The notes below the pieces were generated by a model. It searched no databases. It had not been told where the DNA came from and saw nothing but the letters and a program-made list of their open reading frames with translations. A stretch of 64,000 nucleotides of DNA from an uncultured Lentimicrobiaceae bacterium (GTDB lineage: Bacteria > Bacteroidota > Bacteroidia > Bacteroidales > 4484-276). Below are positions 18,472 through 29,056 of the stretch, piece after piece. The stretch covers positions 25,929-89,928 of the forward strand of contig CAZGAO010000009.1 of NCBI GenBank assembly GCA_964523795.1, written 5' to 3'. The first letter of the stretch is position 1; every line of letters starts with the position of its first letter. A program made the translations under genes and the position numbers.

Positions 18472-21384
18472 ATGAAAAAGTCAGCCTTTTTATTCCTGTT
18501 TGCAATCTTCTTTTCTCCCTTCGCCATTGGGCAAAGCTTGCCCACCGGTGGAGAATGGACAATTATGGAAACCTTTGATATTCCTGGTAAGGCCTCGGGC
18601 TTGGCCTGGGATGGCACCTACCTTTATTTTGGTATTTACGGCCAGTACGGCGACCAGTTTTATCAGTTCGATCCCGCAAGCGGCGAAGCCACGCTTTTGT
18701 TCACGCATCCCGAAATCGAGGACAGCTTTGGGATGAGCTGCGATGGCGAAAATCTTTGGGTCATTCACCAGCCCTCGGGCAGTTCCAATCCCTCGTTGGC
18801 CACTCAGTTGGATTTGGGAGGAAACATCCTTTCCACCATCACCCTGCCCGATCACTACATGTCGGGCATTGCCTGGGATGAGGGTAAACTTTGGGTTTCC
18901 ACTTATTATCCCGATCCGGGCACCGTTTATCAAATTGATGACCAGGGCACGGTTCTCCAACAATTTGCACCACCCATCGCTGATCAGGTGTGGGACTTGT
19001 GTCGGCAGGATGACTTCTTGTGGTTTGCCGATTATAATGCCGACCTGATTTACAAAACCGATCTAAGTGGTGCCATCCTCGAGCAGCATGATGCCGAAAA
19101 TATTAAACCCTCAGGAATTGTTTACGATGGCACTTTCCTGTGGTATGTCGATGGGCAGTTGTCGAGTCCGAGCACGCTTTACAAGATCGACCTGGGCGGC
19201 GCAGGCACACCAGAGATTAATGTCCCTGTAACTTATCACGATTTTGGGATGGTTACCGTTGGCGATTCTGCGGTGTGGAATCTTAGCGTCTTCAATCAGG
19301 GCAATGCCCCGCTTAGCCTCGATAATTTTATCATTCCCAATTTGACACCGGTATTCACCTACGAAGTTTTCCCTCAAATAGTCGAGCCTGGTGAAAGCAC
19401 CGAGTTGGTATTGATTTTTAAACCCATCGAAGCAAGCCTCCTGGCTGTTCTTATTAACCTCCAATCCAACGACCCGGTAACGCCCGAAGTCGAAATACAG
19501 TTGGAGGGAGAATCGGTGCTGGAAGGTCCGGTTATTCAAGTGGTTGACGATAATTATGACTACGGGCAGGTGCGTGCCAGGGCTTTTACCCGTTGGTTTG
19601 TAGAGCTGGCAAATATTGGCGATGAAGCCCTCATCATCGAAAGCATCGAAAGCAGCGATCCTGCCTTTGTGGTGGACGAAACCATTGTTTTCCCCTTTTC
19701 GATTTCACCACTCCAAATCGCTGATTTTGGTATTTGGTTTAATCCCGGCGAGGGCCTTGTTTATGAGGGTATGCTAGCGATCTTCAGCAATGATCCACAA
19801 AATCCTGAAGTGGAGGTTTTAATCTCGGGCCAGGGCGTGGAACAGGATTATCCGATGGGCGAGCAGCTCTGGCAATATACCATCTCCGGAGGTTTCGACA
19901 ATAGCCCAAAAGCTATTGGTTCTCTCAAAGATATTACCGGCGATGCCGTTAACGAAGTCATCGTTGCTTCCGAGGATAATCTTGTCCGTTGCTTTAATGG
20001 CAATTCCGATGGCTCGGCCGATGTGCTGTGGGCGCACGAAATTTATTCGGGCAATGTTTATCAAAGCGAGGCCTTGGGCTTTTTGCCCGATATCGATGGC
20101 GATGGCTACGATGAAGTAGTGGTGGGCACTACCGGCGGCGATCGTGCGGTAAAAGTCTTGTCGGGAAAAACAGGCGAGCAGGTCTGGGTTTTTCACACCA
20201 ATACCTGGGGCGATGGCGGCTGGGTTTACGAGGTGGATGCCAGTCGCGATTATACCGGCGATGATGTGGCCGATGTGCTGGCCTGCGCCGGCGGTAGTTC
20301 CACGGGAACTGGGGCCAGCCGGGTGTTTTGCTTAGATGGAAGCAATGGCGATCTGGTGTGGGATTACTATCTAAATGGCCCTGGATTTTCGGTTATTGCC
20401 ATCGATGATGTAAATGGCGACGGTATTTCGGATGTGCTTGCGGGGGCTGCCAATGCCGACGAAAGTCAGGGCAAAACCGTGTGTGTGGATGGCAGCACAG
20501 GCTTTGAGATTTGGACTGATCTGGCCGAAGGAAGCTCGGTGTGGGCTCTTGCCCAACTGGACGACATTAATAGCGATGGCGTAAACGACGTGGCTTCGGG
20601 TGAGTTCGGTAGTGGTGATTTTAAAATATTTGATGCCACCAATGGTGATGTTTTGCAGAGTGGAAGCATGGGCGGCGGCTACGTGATTATCACCGACATT
20701 GTTCCCCTGAATGATGTAAATGATGATGGCTACGCCGATTTCACCATCCAGGCAAGCACCAGCAATCTGGTAGTTGTGGATGGCTTGACCGGCGAAACCC
20801 TCTGGCTGACATCTTTGGCCGACCAGGTGCAAAAGGTAAATCGCATTCCCGATGTGAGCGGCGATGGCATTAACGATATTGCGGTGGGTACTTTGTATCA
20901 GAATAATTATGTTTATTTTATTGATGGTGTAAACGGCGACATCCTCGATGAAATAGAATATGGACAGCCGGTGGACGCGCTTTTGGTTATTCCGGATATT
21001 AATGGCGATGACTCGTGGGAGGTGGTAGCCGGTGGCCGCGAGGGTAAGGTGGTTTGTTTTTCGGGTGGTTTGGATGCCAATACTTTTACCTCCGAATACG
21101 CAAGCCCTGTGGTGAAACTTACTATTTTAGTATCTCCTAATCCGATAGCCAACCATGGTTTGATAAGCCTGGAAGCCACGGATGCGGTTGAGGGAAATCT
21201 TAGCCTTATCACAGCAGGAGGTCGGATGATTAAGGATTTTGGCTTTCAAAAACTTGAAAACGAAACAAAATTATTTCCATTAAATATCCAAACTAAAAAT
21301 GGCGAAAGGCTATTGCCGGGCTTGTATTTTGTGGTATTTTCACACGGGCAATATACCACGTCCACCAAAGTAATAGTAAGGTAA
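18472..21384 (+). CDS. T9SS-secreted protein with beta-propeller region and multiple FG-GAP/VCBS-type (integrin-alpha-like) repeats and C-terminal Por sorting domain
   Basis: Signal peptide MKKSAFLFLFAIFFSPFAIGQ; repeated DxDGDGxxD(V/I) motifs (DIDGDGYDEVVVG, DDVNGDGISDVLAG, INSDGVNDVASG, VSGDGINDIAVG); C-terminal KLTILVSPNPIANHGLISLE...LYFVVFSHGQYTTSTKVIVR. Confidence 0.65.
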   Translation: MKKSAFLFLFAIFFSPFAIGQSLPTGGEWTIMETFDIPGKASGLAWDGTYLYFGIYGQYGDQFYQFDPASGEATLLFTHPEIEDSFGMSCDGENLWVIHQPSGSSNPSLATQLDLGGNILSTITLPDHYMSGIAWDEGKLWVSTYYPDPGTVYQIDDQGTVLQQFAPPIADQVWDLCRQDDFLWFADYNADLIYKTDLSGAILEQHDAENIKPSGIVYDGTFLWYVDGQLSSPSTLYKIDLGGAGTPEINVPVTYHDFGMVTVGDSAVWNLSVFNQGNAPLSLDNFIIPNLTPVFTYEVFPQIVEPGESTELVLIFKPIEASLLAVLINLQSNDPVTPEVEIQLEGESVLEGPVIQVVDDNYDYGQVRARAFTRWFVELANIGDEALIIESIESSDPAFVVDETIVFPFSISPLQIADFGIWFNPGEGLVYEGMLAIFSNDPQNPEVEVLISGQGVEQDYPMGEQLWQYTISGGFDNSPKAIGSLKDITGDAVNEVIVASEDNLVRCFNGNSDGSADVLWAHEIYSGNVYQSEALGFLPDIDGDGYDEVVVGTTGGDRAVKVLSGKTGEQVWVFHTNTWGDGGWVYEVDASRDYTGDDVADVLACAGGSSTGTGASRVFCLDGSNGDLVWDYYLNGPGFSVIAIDDVNGDGISDVLAGAANADESQGKTVCVDGSTGFEIWTDLAEGSSVWALAQLDDINSDGVNDVASGEFGSGDFKIFDATNGDVLQSGSMGGGYVIITDIVPLNDVNDDGYADFTIQASTSNLVVVDGLTGETLWLTSLADQVQKVNRIPDVSGDGINDIAVGTLYQNNYVYFIDGVNGDILDEIEYGQPVDALLVIPDINGDDSWEVVAGGREGKVVCFSGGLDANTFTSEYASPVVKLTILVSPNPIANHGLISLEATDAVEGNLSLITAGGRMIKDFGFQKLENETKLFPLNIQTKNGERLLPGLYFVVFSHGQYTTSTKVIVR

Positions 21385-21396
21385 GACCGCTTTAAC

Positions 21397-22116
21397 ATGA
21401 TAATAGAAGCAGCAGGGTTTTCGCACACGGGCACTCGAAGAGCCAAAAATGAGGATGCGGTTTTGATGCACGATCAAATTTATAATTCAGGATTTTTTGA
21501 ATTTGAAGGCGAAAACCATGCGCGCATTTTTGTTGCCGATGGGGTAGGGGGTGCTCCTGCCGGCGATATAGCTGCTCATTATGTCTTAAGCCAGCTCAAC
21601 CAGCGTATCCCGCCGGCATCTTATCCGCAAAAAACCGACCTTGAACAAACACTTATTTCCATCAACAACGATTTGTGCGAGTATGGCAAAAGCAACTTGC
21701 ATACCCACAGCATGGCTACTACTTTAAGTGGAATTTTGGTCAATGACCATCAATATCGCATTGTTAATGCCGGCGATTCGCGGGTGATGATATTACGTGG
21801 AAAGAATTTGGAACAGCTCACCACCGATGATATTATGGATGTTCACGCCATGTACCGACCGCTCACAAATTATTTTGGTGGTCCTGTGCCACTGGTTAAA
21901 CCTGCCATTATCGATTCGGATGAAGATTTAAAAACCGATACCCTATTTTTTATTAGCTCCGATGGCATCTTTCATTGCTTTTCTACCAACCAGCTTGGGA
22001 AAATCCTGGCTAATTCGAGCAGCCTCGCTACAAAGGCGAAAAGTATTCGCGATGAAGCACTCGCCACAGGCTCGCCCGACAATATCTCATGTGTTTTGCT
22101 AAAAATAAGTTTTTAA
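21397..22116 (+). CDS. PP2C-family Ser/Thr protein phosphatase
   Basis: HTGTRRAKNEDAV, FVADGVGGAPAGDIAA, NAGDSRVMIL and SSDGIF are PP2C metal-binding motifs; the start lies only 12 bp after the upstream gene's stop. Confidence 0.8.
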   Translation: MIIEAAGFSHTGTRRAKNEDAVLMHDQIYNSGFFEFEGENHARIFVADGVGGAPAGDIAAHYVLSQLNQRIPPASYPQKTDLEQTLISINNDLCEYGKSNLHTHSMATTLSGILVNDHQYRIVNAGDSRVMILRGKNLEQLTTDDIMDVHAMYRPLTNYFGGPVPLVKPAIIDSDEDLKTDTLFFISSDGIFHCFSTNQLGKILANSSSLATKAKSIRDEALATGSPDNISCVLLKISF

Positions 22117-22136
22117 TGAAAAATTATTTTTAGGAT

Positions 22137-25100
22137 ATGAACGAATTTTTTACTGACATATACCAAACAAAGGCCTATACAGCCGATGACTTCGGCAAGG
22201 ATACCAAAATCCTGCAAACGGTGGGAAGAACTATACCCTATTTGTCGGATTTTGCACTGGATGAAAACAGAACTCAGGCCTACCACCCTGAACCATTGCC
22301 CGAAAAAAAAACGGCTAATTACCAGTTGGCACCCGGCGATAAGGTAGAACTCAACAGCATAAGCTACACCGTAAGCGGGATCATTGCCGAGGAAGGCAAA
22401 AATGCTGAAGCTGCCATTTATAAGGTAAAAAACCCGAAAGATGAGGTTTTTGTCTTGAAGCTCTATTATGAGTTTAGCAATCCTCGTCTTGAACCCAATT
22501 CGGATACCCTGCAACGCATTCGCGAAATTAACAGCCACGACATTTTGCGCCTGTTCGACTTTGGCACCGGCCCCAATAAACATCTCGAAAAGTATTGCTT
22601 CGAAATTGTGGACTTTGCCGCCGGTGGCGACTTGCTTAATGTTGCCGACATCCCAAAGAAATATACTCCCGATTTTATTAGCGAAAAAGTAGTACAATCG
22701 GTGGCAGATGGCTTGCGTACCCTTCACGCCGAAAAAATTTACCACTGCGACCTGAAACCGCAGAATGTTTTCTTTTTGGATGCGGAGCAAAGCAAAATTG
22801 TGATCGGTGATTATGGTTCCGCAAAATCCTTCGAGAAATCATCGCACAAGGAGCTGAGTTATACTACCATCACTAAGGGCACCGAGTTTTATCTCGCTCC
22901 CGAGCAGGCTTTTGGTATTGTTTCCGAGAAAAATGATTATTACAGCCTGGGCATGATCGTCCTCCACCTGCTTTACCCCGACCAGGTTAACCGCGAGAAT
23001 TTGCGGCGTATTTTTGAACGACGTACCAAGGGCTTGCCCATCATCGATTTTGATGATCGTTTCAAGCGACTAAACATGCTTATTCAGGGGCTTACCCTAC
23101 AGGATTATAACAGCCGATGGGGCGAAAAGGAGCTGAGCCGATGGTTGGCAGGCGAGGAGGTGGAAGTAAACTACAACTTGGCAGGTCATCGTCAGGTGCT
23201 GAAAATTGGGGAAATCGAAATCAAGACCGGCGACCAACTGGCGGCATACATTCGCAGCGATCCCTTCTTTTTTGATGAGCTTATCGAGGACAGGGAAGGC
23301 TATAGTATGCTGCTGGCCTGGCTTAAAAATATGCAGGGCGAACAGAACGCTGTGCAGTTTGACGGCATGGTATCTTACTACAAAAAGTATTTCGGTTTCG
23401 ATTATGTAAAAGAGGCCTTGCTGTTTTATTTTGACCCGGCGCATCAGGTTAGCGTGGGCCTGGAAACATTCCGCTTTGCTGTGGATCAGGATATCGAAAC
23501 TGCTGCATCCAATTTCTTTAAAACCCTGGATGCGCTGTGGAAAACTACCGATTTCGAAGTTATGCGTTTTTACTTTTTCCGCTTCGAGTTTGCCATGCGC
23601 AGGCTAAGGGTGAAATCAGGAAATGAGTCTCAAAAAATTATCGACTTTATCCTGAACAAAATTGCGGCTATTGTTGAAACGGCTAACAGCGTTGACTTTT
23701 CGGAGTTAAAAGCCGATATTTATATCCACTTAAAAGATCAGCATTTTTGTGATTTTTTCTATTTGTTTGATGCCCGGCGTAACTTTAAAGACCTGTGTGG
23801 CCATGAATATACCAGTTTGTTTGAGCTTGACGAATTGCTGCGATCCAATCCGCCTGGAGGCAAAACCGAAACCCTGCACTGCGAAAAGCATTCGTTTTTG
23901 CGCCAACGGGTAAGCAGGGAGGATCTTTTGGAGTTTTTCGAATTCAGCGATACGGCTCCCGGGTTTTTTAGGGATAAAGAAGTGGATTATCGCTTGCTTC
24001 TGGAACTGATCCACAAATTTACAAAGCCCCGATATAGCCTTCCTTTCTTGCAACAAGTGGTGGCGCATTACAAAAATTCCCCGCCCCGTATATTTACTGC
24101 CTTGGTTTTACGCCTGCTCGATCCCGAAAGAGCGATAAAGGTAAGTGGTAAAGAGATATTGCTTCACCAGCATGGTGATTTCAAAAATAAGCTGGAAGAT
24201 TTTTTTGAGGCCCTCAATCGATTCCGCCTCACCGCATCTATCGAGCAGGTGAGAACCCTGTTCTTTGACTTTGAATTGTGCATGATGCAAATCGCTGCCG
24301 ATGATGCCGTCTTTGGCCAAAAACAGGCAGCACTTGCTTTTGGGAAAATACAGGAAATCCTCCAGGTTCAAGCTCCCGACATGCAGCTTCTAAAGGCTTC
24401 TTTTTACCCGGATATGAGGGAGGAGCAGCTCCTGGAAATCATTTATGCCTTTTTGCCTGCTGCCTCTTTTTGTAACCACCTGGGCGATTACCTTAGCTCC
24501 GGCAACGAAATTGCACTTTACTACTTGCAATATCCCGGAAAATACAACGAAAAGTCCTCGACCATCGAACGTGAAATATATCTTAAAAAGGCCGGGCAAC
24601 GCGGACTTCTCGATTTGTCCTTCAAGGATTTTATCATGCGGGTCTTCCATCGAAATGCCTTTACTGACGTGAGCATCGAAAATATGGTTTTTGATGAGCA
24701 GGCAGCCAACGAGCTTTCCGTTTATTATGTTTATTCCGGCTCTATCCAAAATTATCTGGAATCTTTGGGCTACCATCTGGACTTCGACTGCCAGCCCTCA
24801 TCGCAACAAAAGGTAACGCTCCCCATTAAAATGCTTACCAGCGATACCGGCTTGTATCAAAAATTTGCTACCCACCTGCACCACCACCATGCCATTGGAA
24901 ACCTTGATCCCAATTTGGAATCCCAATTTCTGTCCAAATTTGAGGTACTCAAACAGCGCGATTTCAGAGCTTCCTTTAGTTTGGTGCCACGATATATGCT
25001 GCATTTGTTGCCGCCCTTTGCCTTGCTCTTTCTGGCCTCTGCCTACTTGTTCGATTTTTCCTTTTTCAAGCAGCTTTCATTTTCGATTTCTCCCGCGCTC

Positions 25101-25565
25101 AACATGGTGTCGGCACGCCTGGCCACCGCCAATTTTAGCAGCCTGCTTTTCTCGGCATATTTTGTAAACCTTTGGCTGGGTATTGCATTTTTGCTCCCTG
25201 TTTTTAGTCTCAAATACAAAAGAAAACAGTTCGAAAATTTCACCCTCCTTTACAGCTCTTTAATCAGCAAACTGACTACGCTCCTGGTGTTTGCGCCGGT
25301 TTTGTTTATCGCCGGTTATTATTTTTCCAACTTGATATTTGGTGATTCAATTTTTATTCTAAAATGGCTCAATCTTACTTTGGGTACTTCCGATTTTATA
25401 ATTTTACTCTATATTCTTTTCATGCTTTACCAGTCTTTGCAAGTGGTGCATGCTATTTTCAGAGCATTCGGAAAAATCCGTATTGTGCCCTTGCTTATTG
25501 CTGTGTGCGCCTATTTGCTGTTGTATTACTTCACTATCATCAACCAAAACTTGTACGTACTATGA
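22137..25565 (+). CDS. Ser/Thr protein kinase (Hanks-type) with about 550-aa uncharacterised central region and C-terminal multi-pass transmembrane domain
   Basis: Kinase motifs VFVLKLY (beta3 Lys), HCDLKPQNVFF (catalytic loop), VIGDYGSAK (DFG-like), YLAPEQ (APE); C-terminal 200 aa form about 5 hydrophobic helices. Confidence 0.75.
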   Translation: MNEFFTDIYQTKAYTADDFGKDTKILQTVGRTIPYLSDFALDENRTQAYHPEPLPEKKTANYQLAPGDKVELNSISYTVSGIIAEEGKNAEAAIYKVKNPKDEVFVLKLYYEFSNPRLEPNSDTLQRIREINSHDILRLFDFGTGPNKHLEKYCFEIVDFAAGGDLLNVADIPKKYTPDFISEKVVQSVADGLRTLHAEKIYHCDLKPQNVFFLDAEQSKIVIGDYGSAKSFEKSSHKELSYTTITKGTEFYLAPEQAFGIVSEKNDYYSLGMIVLHLLYPDQVNRENLRRIFERRTKGLPIIDFDDRFKRLNMLIQGLTLQDYNSRWGEKELSRWLAGEEVEVNYNLAGHRQVLKIGEIEIKTGDQLAAYIRSDPFFFDELIEDREGYSMLLAWLKNMQGEQNAVQFDGMVSYYKKYFGFDYVKEALLFYFDPAHQVSVGLETFRFAVDQDIETAASNFFKTLDALWKTTDFEVMRFYFFRFEFAMRRLRVKSGNESQKIIDFILNKIAAIVETANSVDFSELKADIYIHLKDQHFCDFFYLFDARRNFKDLCGHEYTSLFELDELLRSNPPGGKTETLHCEKHSFLRQRVSREDLLEFFEFSDTAPGFFRDKEVDYRLLLELIHKFTKPRYSLPFLQQVVAHYKNSPPRIFTALVLRLLDPERAIKVSGKEILLHQHGDFKNKLEDFFEALNRFRLTASIEQVRTLFFDFELCMMQIAADDAVFGQKQAALAFGKIQEILQVQAPDMQLLKASFYPDMREEQLLEIIYAFLPAASFCNHLGDYLSSGNEIALYYLQYPGKYNEKSSTIEREIYLKKAGQRGLLDLSFKDFIMRVFHRNAFTDVSIENMVFDEQAANELSVYYVYSGSIQNYLESLGYHLDFDCQPSSQQKVTLPIKMLTSDTGLYQKFATHLHHHHAIGNLDPNLESQFLSKFEVLKQRDFRASFSLVPRYMLHLLPPFALLFLASAYLFDFSFFKQLSFSISPALNMVSARLATANFSSLLFSAYFVNLWLGIAFLLPVFSLKYKRKQFENFTLLYSSLISKLTTLLVFAPVLFIAGYYFSNLIFGDSIFILKWLNLTLGTSDFIILLYILFMLYQSLQVVHAIFRAFGKIRIVPLLIAVCAYLLLYYFTIINQNLYVL

Positions 25566-27079
25566 GCGGGCCAAAAAGTTATTCGTGCAGGGTTTTTAAT
25601 AAGCAATTGCTCGGCTTGTTTATGCAGCAGGCAGCCATCGACAATTTATGGGAATTGCTGCATTCGCGGCGCATTGTGGATAAACAAAGAGGAATCGAAA
25701 TTACCAACGATGACTTTATCCGTGCCAATGCTGCAAGTTATCAGGAACTTTGGATGAACCCCGGGGTAACCAAAGGCAAAGTGCTCGATCAGCAGCAGTT
25801 CGACAATAGTTACAATTGGATGCAGGCTGCCCTAAATCATCATCAAAAGTTAAAAACTAAACTGGAAGCGCAGCATCAGGATTTTGACCGCATCGAAGAA
25901 GCCTGGCACGCCTATCTTGACCTGGAACTTTTTAAAAAGGATTTGGATGAGGAGTTTATGAGCCTGAAAAATCAGATGTTCGATTATTTGAAATCTTTAA
26001 AAATTGATAAAAGAAAAAAAGAGCAAGGCATCAGCCGACTTGCTGCGATGGAAATCTCTTACGTCCTCCCGGAGTTTCCGGTCGAGCGGATTGAGGCAAT
26101 GGAGAGCATCCGTCAAAATATGATAGCTCATTACAACGAAAGTAAAAGGCAAATTGGGATGGAGGCTGGTATTGAGGAAAGTAGAAAACGAGCAGTGTTT
26201 CACAAAACAAAGGTAAAAATGCTGATCGATGAAAGCCTGTCCATTCATAATTCTGATTTTGATTTGGATGTGATGCTTTCGTCCATCAGGCAGGCTATTG
26301 CCAAAATTGAATCCGCCAGCCAGGCGGTCATTTATAAAAATCGCCTCCAGAAAATTTTGAAAAATAATAGCGGACAGGAATCCTATTTTTTTGCTGAACT
26401 GTTCGAGGATTTGAAAAAGTATAGCGATAAACAGGAAAAGCGAATCAGCCTTGAAATGCTAATCCAAAAACTGCCCGAAGGTTTGCTGTCAAAGGATTTG
26501 CTTGTCGAAATTAATAAAGTAAGAACGGATATTGATTTGTTAATGCAGCAAGTGCAAATTAAAAATGACGATCTGGCAAGGATTGAGCACAGTATTTACA
26601 AAATTAAAGAAAAGCAAGCTGCCGCCTTTCGGGAACAGCAATATATAAAATCGAATATTGTGGCCTGCCTCAACGATTTAAACTATACCGTGGCTGATGA
26701 TACCGAGCTGATCGATTTAGAAAGCAGCGATGATTTTCTGCTTTCTATTCCCGGCCAGTCCAACTACCTCAATCTGCGCTTTGATACCACAGGAAATGTG
26801 TTGTACAATTTTTTGATACCTGATGAACCGGATAGTTTATCTTACGATGAAAAATCGCTTAAGTATGCCGAAATGCAGGATACCTGTACTGCTTTTAAAA
26901 AAGTGCTTGCGGATTTGAAAAGCCAGGGACTAAACATCGATTTGCAGCACGAAATCCTGATAAGCGAGAAAGCCCTGGTAGCCTTACCCCGAATATATCG
27001 CAGCAAGCTGAATCCAATAAAGACAGCAAAACCCGCAAAACAAAAACCGGGCAGTATTCACAGAGATATAAAAAAATAA
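25562..27079 (+). CDS. Coiled-coil protein of unknown function (506 aa), translationally coupled to the kinase
   Basis: The ORF track gives 25364, but the in-frame ATG at 25562 overlaps the kinase TGA as ATGA (25562-25565); the sequence is rich in heptad-like K/E/Q segments; no recognisable catalytic motif. Confidence 0.5.
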   Translation: MSGPKSYSCRVFNKQLLGLFMQQAAIDNLWELLHSRRIVDKQRGIEITNDDFIRANAASYQELWMNPGVTKGKVLDQQQFDNSYNWMQAALNHHQKLKTKLEAQHQDFDRIEEAWHAYLDLELFKKDLDEEFMSLKNQMFDYLKSLKIDKRKKEQGISRLAAMEISYVLPEFPVERIEAMESIRQNMIAHYNESKRQIGMEAGIEESRKRAVFHKTKVKMLIDESLSIHNSDFDLDVMLSSIRQAIAKIESASQAVIYKNRLQKILKNNSGQESYFFAELFEDLKKYSDKQEKRISLEMLIQKLPEGLLSKDLLVEINKVRTDIDLLMQQVQIKNDDLARIEHSIYKIKEKQAAAFREQQYIKSNIVACLNDLNYTVADDTELIDLESSDDFLLSIPGQSNYLNLRFDTTGNVLYNFLIPDEPDSLSYDEKSLKYAEMQDTCTAFKKVLADLKSQGLNIDLQHEILISEKALVALPRIYRSKLNPIKTAKPAKQKPGSIHRDIKK

Positions 27080-27157
27080 AACAATCTTATTACCGCTTCT
27101 TTGCTTCAAGTCTTATTTTCTTAATTTTGAAAATATTTTTAAATCAAACCAAAGCCG

Positions 27158-29056
27158 ATGTCAGATTTTTATAAGACCATTTTTCCGGGATGGATGCAGG
27201 AATTCAAACGTTTTCAAACCCTAAAATCGCAGTTTTATCTCTTTGGCAATGTTTACGATTGCTACTATTTCCCGGTAAATTATGATAAGGTAAAGGATAA
27301 GAGTAAGTTGCAGTGGGCGCGTTTTAACGACCTGAAATTGCTGCTCAAGCTCTATCTTAAAAACGAGGGGTACGAAATTATTTCGTACTACGATGTGATT
27401 GATGGCATCGACATCGAATCGCCGGTGGATGAAGAGCTGGGTAGGAATACTATTGTAAAATATCTGATCGATAATGTGCCCTCAGCCAAAGGGATTCTCG
27501 ATTCGAAGAAAATCGGAAATATCGAAAAAAAGATTACCGATGCCCTCACTTTTTATCGGGTGCTGATGTCGAACAATAAACGGCTGTCGGCGGGCATCAT
27601 CAATTACAGCTCGCGCTTTTCGGGCGACCCCAACAGCCTGAGCGAGGATGAACGTATAATTTTCTTAAAGCTGCTCAAGTCGGCTCAGGATGCCCGCCTC
27701 TTTCCCGAAAAGAAGGGTATGCGCAATATCCTGATTTTTATTTGCGATAAGCTGAACGATATTCCCAGCTGGCTCCTCCTCGAAAACCCGCTTACCCGCG
27801 GTATCCACATCACCAAGCCCAACAAGGTAGAGCGCAATCGTTTTTTGGAAGTGCAAATCCAACGCTTTTACCAGCAGGGTGCGCCGGTACAAACTGCTGA
27901 ACTCAAAGCCGTTTTTGCTGACCTCACCGAGGGCTTTGCCAATCAGGAACTCGAAAATTTGATTACCATCTCTCACCAGGAAAAAATACACGTCAATAAT
28001 ATCCAGCAGATCATCGACCTTTTTAAATACGGTACCCGCGAAAACTTTTGGGAAGACCTGGAAAAGGAAAAGATAGAAAACGCCGGTAGCGAATTGTGCA
28101 AGCGCGTGATGGGGCAGGATGCCGCCATTGCCAAGAGTGTGGAGATTATCCGCCGTGCCAAGCTGGGGCTTAACTCGATTGATATGAAGCGCAATAAGTC
28201 GAAGCCCAAGGGCGTGATGTTTTTTGCAGGGCCAACGGGCGTGGGGAAAACCGAGCTGGCCAAGTCGCTCGCTGCCCTTATTTTTAATGACGAGGATGCT
28301 ATTCTGCGCTTCGACATGAGCGAGTACAACGATTCAAACTCCGACACCAAACTCATCGGTTCGCCCCCGGGATATGTGGGTTACGAGGAAGGGGGGCAAC
28401 TGACTTCGCAACTCAGCGCACGCCCATTTTCTATTGTCCTCTTTGATGAGATCGAAAAAGCACACCCGGTCATCTTCGACAAATTTTTGCAGATTCTCGA
28501 TGATGGTCGCCTAACCGATGGCAAGGGCGAAACGGTGTATTTTAGCGAATCGCTCATTATTTTTACCAGCAACCTCGGCGTTTATACCGAAGACGAAAAC
28601 GGACAGCGGGTGCTCAATGTAAACTACGAAGACTCCAACGATGTTACTGCCAAAAATATCCTCGGCGAAATCCGTAACTTTTTTAATACTAAACTCAATC
28701 GTCCCGAAATATTGAATCGCTTTGGTGACAATTTCGTGGTTTTCGATTTTATTCGCCCTGATGTGGATCGCGCCATCCTGATTAAAAGTTTGAATATGAT
28801 CCGCGAAAATTTGAAAAAGCAAAAAAACTGCGACTTCCAATTTGATGATGCCTTTGTGGCAGATTTCCGGGAGTTTTATATCAGCGATAATCTGATAAAT
28901 GGCGGACGGGGAATTAATAATCGCGTGGAAACCTACATAAAAAATGGGATTGCCAATTTTATGTACGGGCAGGAAAAAATCCAGGAGCTGAGTTTTCGGA
29001 TTTTTGTCGATCGTACGGACAAGCATAAAGTAAAGTTTGAATGTACTGGCAGCTAA
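27158..29056 (+). CDS. AAA+ ATPase with a single ClpA/ClpB D2-type (AAA_2) module and about 330-aa N-terminal domain of unknown function
   Basis: Walker A GVMFFAGPTGVGKTELAKSLA; Walker B IVLFDEIEKAH; sensor-1 region FLQILDDGRLTDGKGETVYFSESLIIFTSN matches the ClpA/B D2 signature; no second AAA module and no ClpB middle domain. Confidence 0.7.
   Translation: MSDFYKTIFPGWMQEFKRFQTLKSQFYLFGNVYDCYYFPVNYDKVKDKSKLQWARFNDLKLLLKLYLKNEGYEIISYYDVIDGIDIESPVDEELGRNTIVKYLIDNVPSAKGILDSKKIGNIEKKITDALTFYRVLMSNNKRLSAGIINYSSRFSGDPNSLSEDERIIFLKLLKSAQDARLFPEKKGMRNILIFICDKLNDIPSWLLLENPLTRGIHITKPNKVERNRFLEVQIQRFYQQGAPVQTAELKAVFADLTEGFANQELENLITISHQEKIHVNNIQQIIDLFKYGTRENFWEDLEKEKIENAGSELCKRVMGQDAAIAKSVEIIRRAKLGLNSIDMKRNKSKPKGVMFFAGPTGVGKTELAKSLAALIFNDEDAILRFDMSEYNDSNSDTKLIGSPPGYVGYEEGGQLTSQLSARPFSIVLFDEIEKAHPVIFDKFLQILDDGRLTDGKGETVYFSESLIIFTSNLGVYTEDENGQRVLNVNYEDSNDVTAKNILGEIRNFFNTKLNRPEILNRFGDNFVVFDFIRPDVDRAILIKSLNMIRENLKKQKNCDFQFDDAFVADFREFYISDNLINGGRGINNRVETYIKNGIANFMYGQEKIQELSFRIFVDRTDKHKVKFECTGS

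Noticed and set aside
25364-25561. Upstream extension of the coiled-coil gene (ORF-track start 25364)
   Set aside because: It overlaps the kinase 3' end in another frame and encodes a Cys/Tyr/Phe-rich non-protein-like peptide; the ATG at 25562 forms a classic ATGA overlap with the kinase stop, so the start was trimmed.
27590-27640. Glycyl-radical-like loop SSRFSGD in the AAA+ N-domain as substrate site of the rSAM activase
   Set aside because: Only a partial match to the RVSGY consensus (Phe instead of Val/Ile, Asp instead of Tyr); mentioned as a test, not a call.
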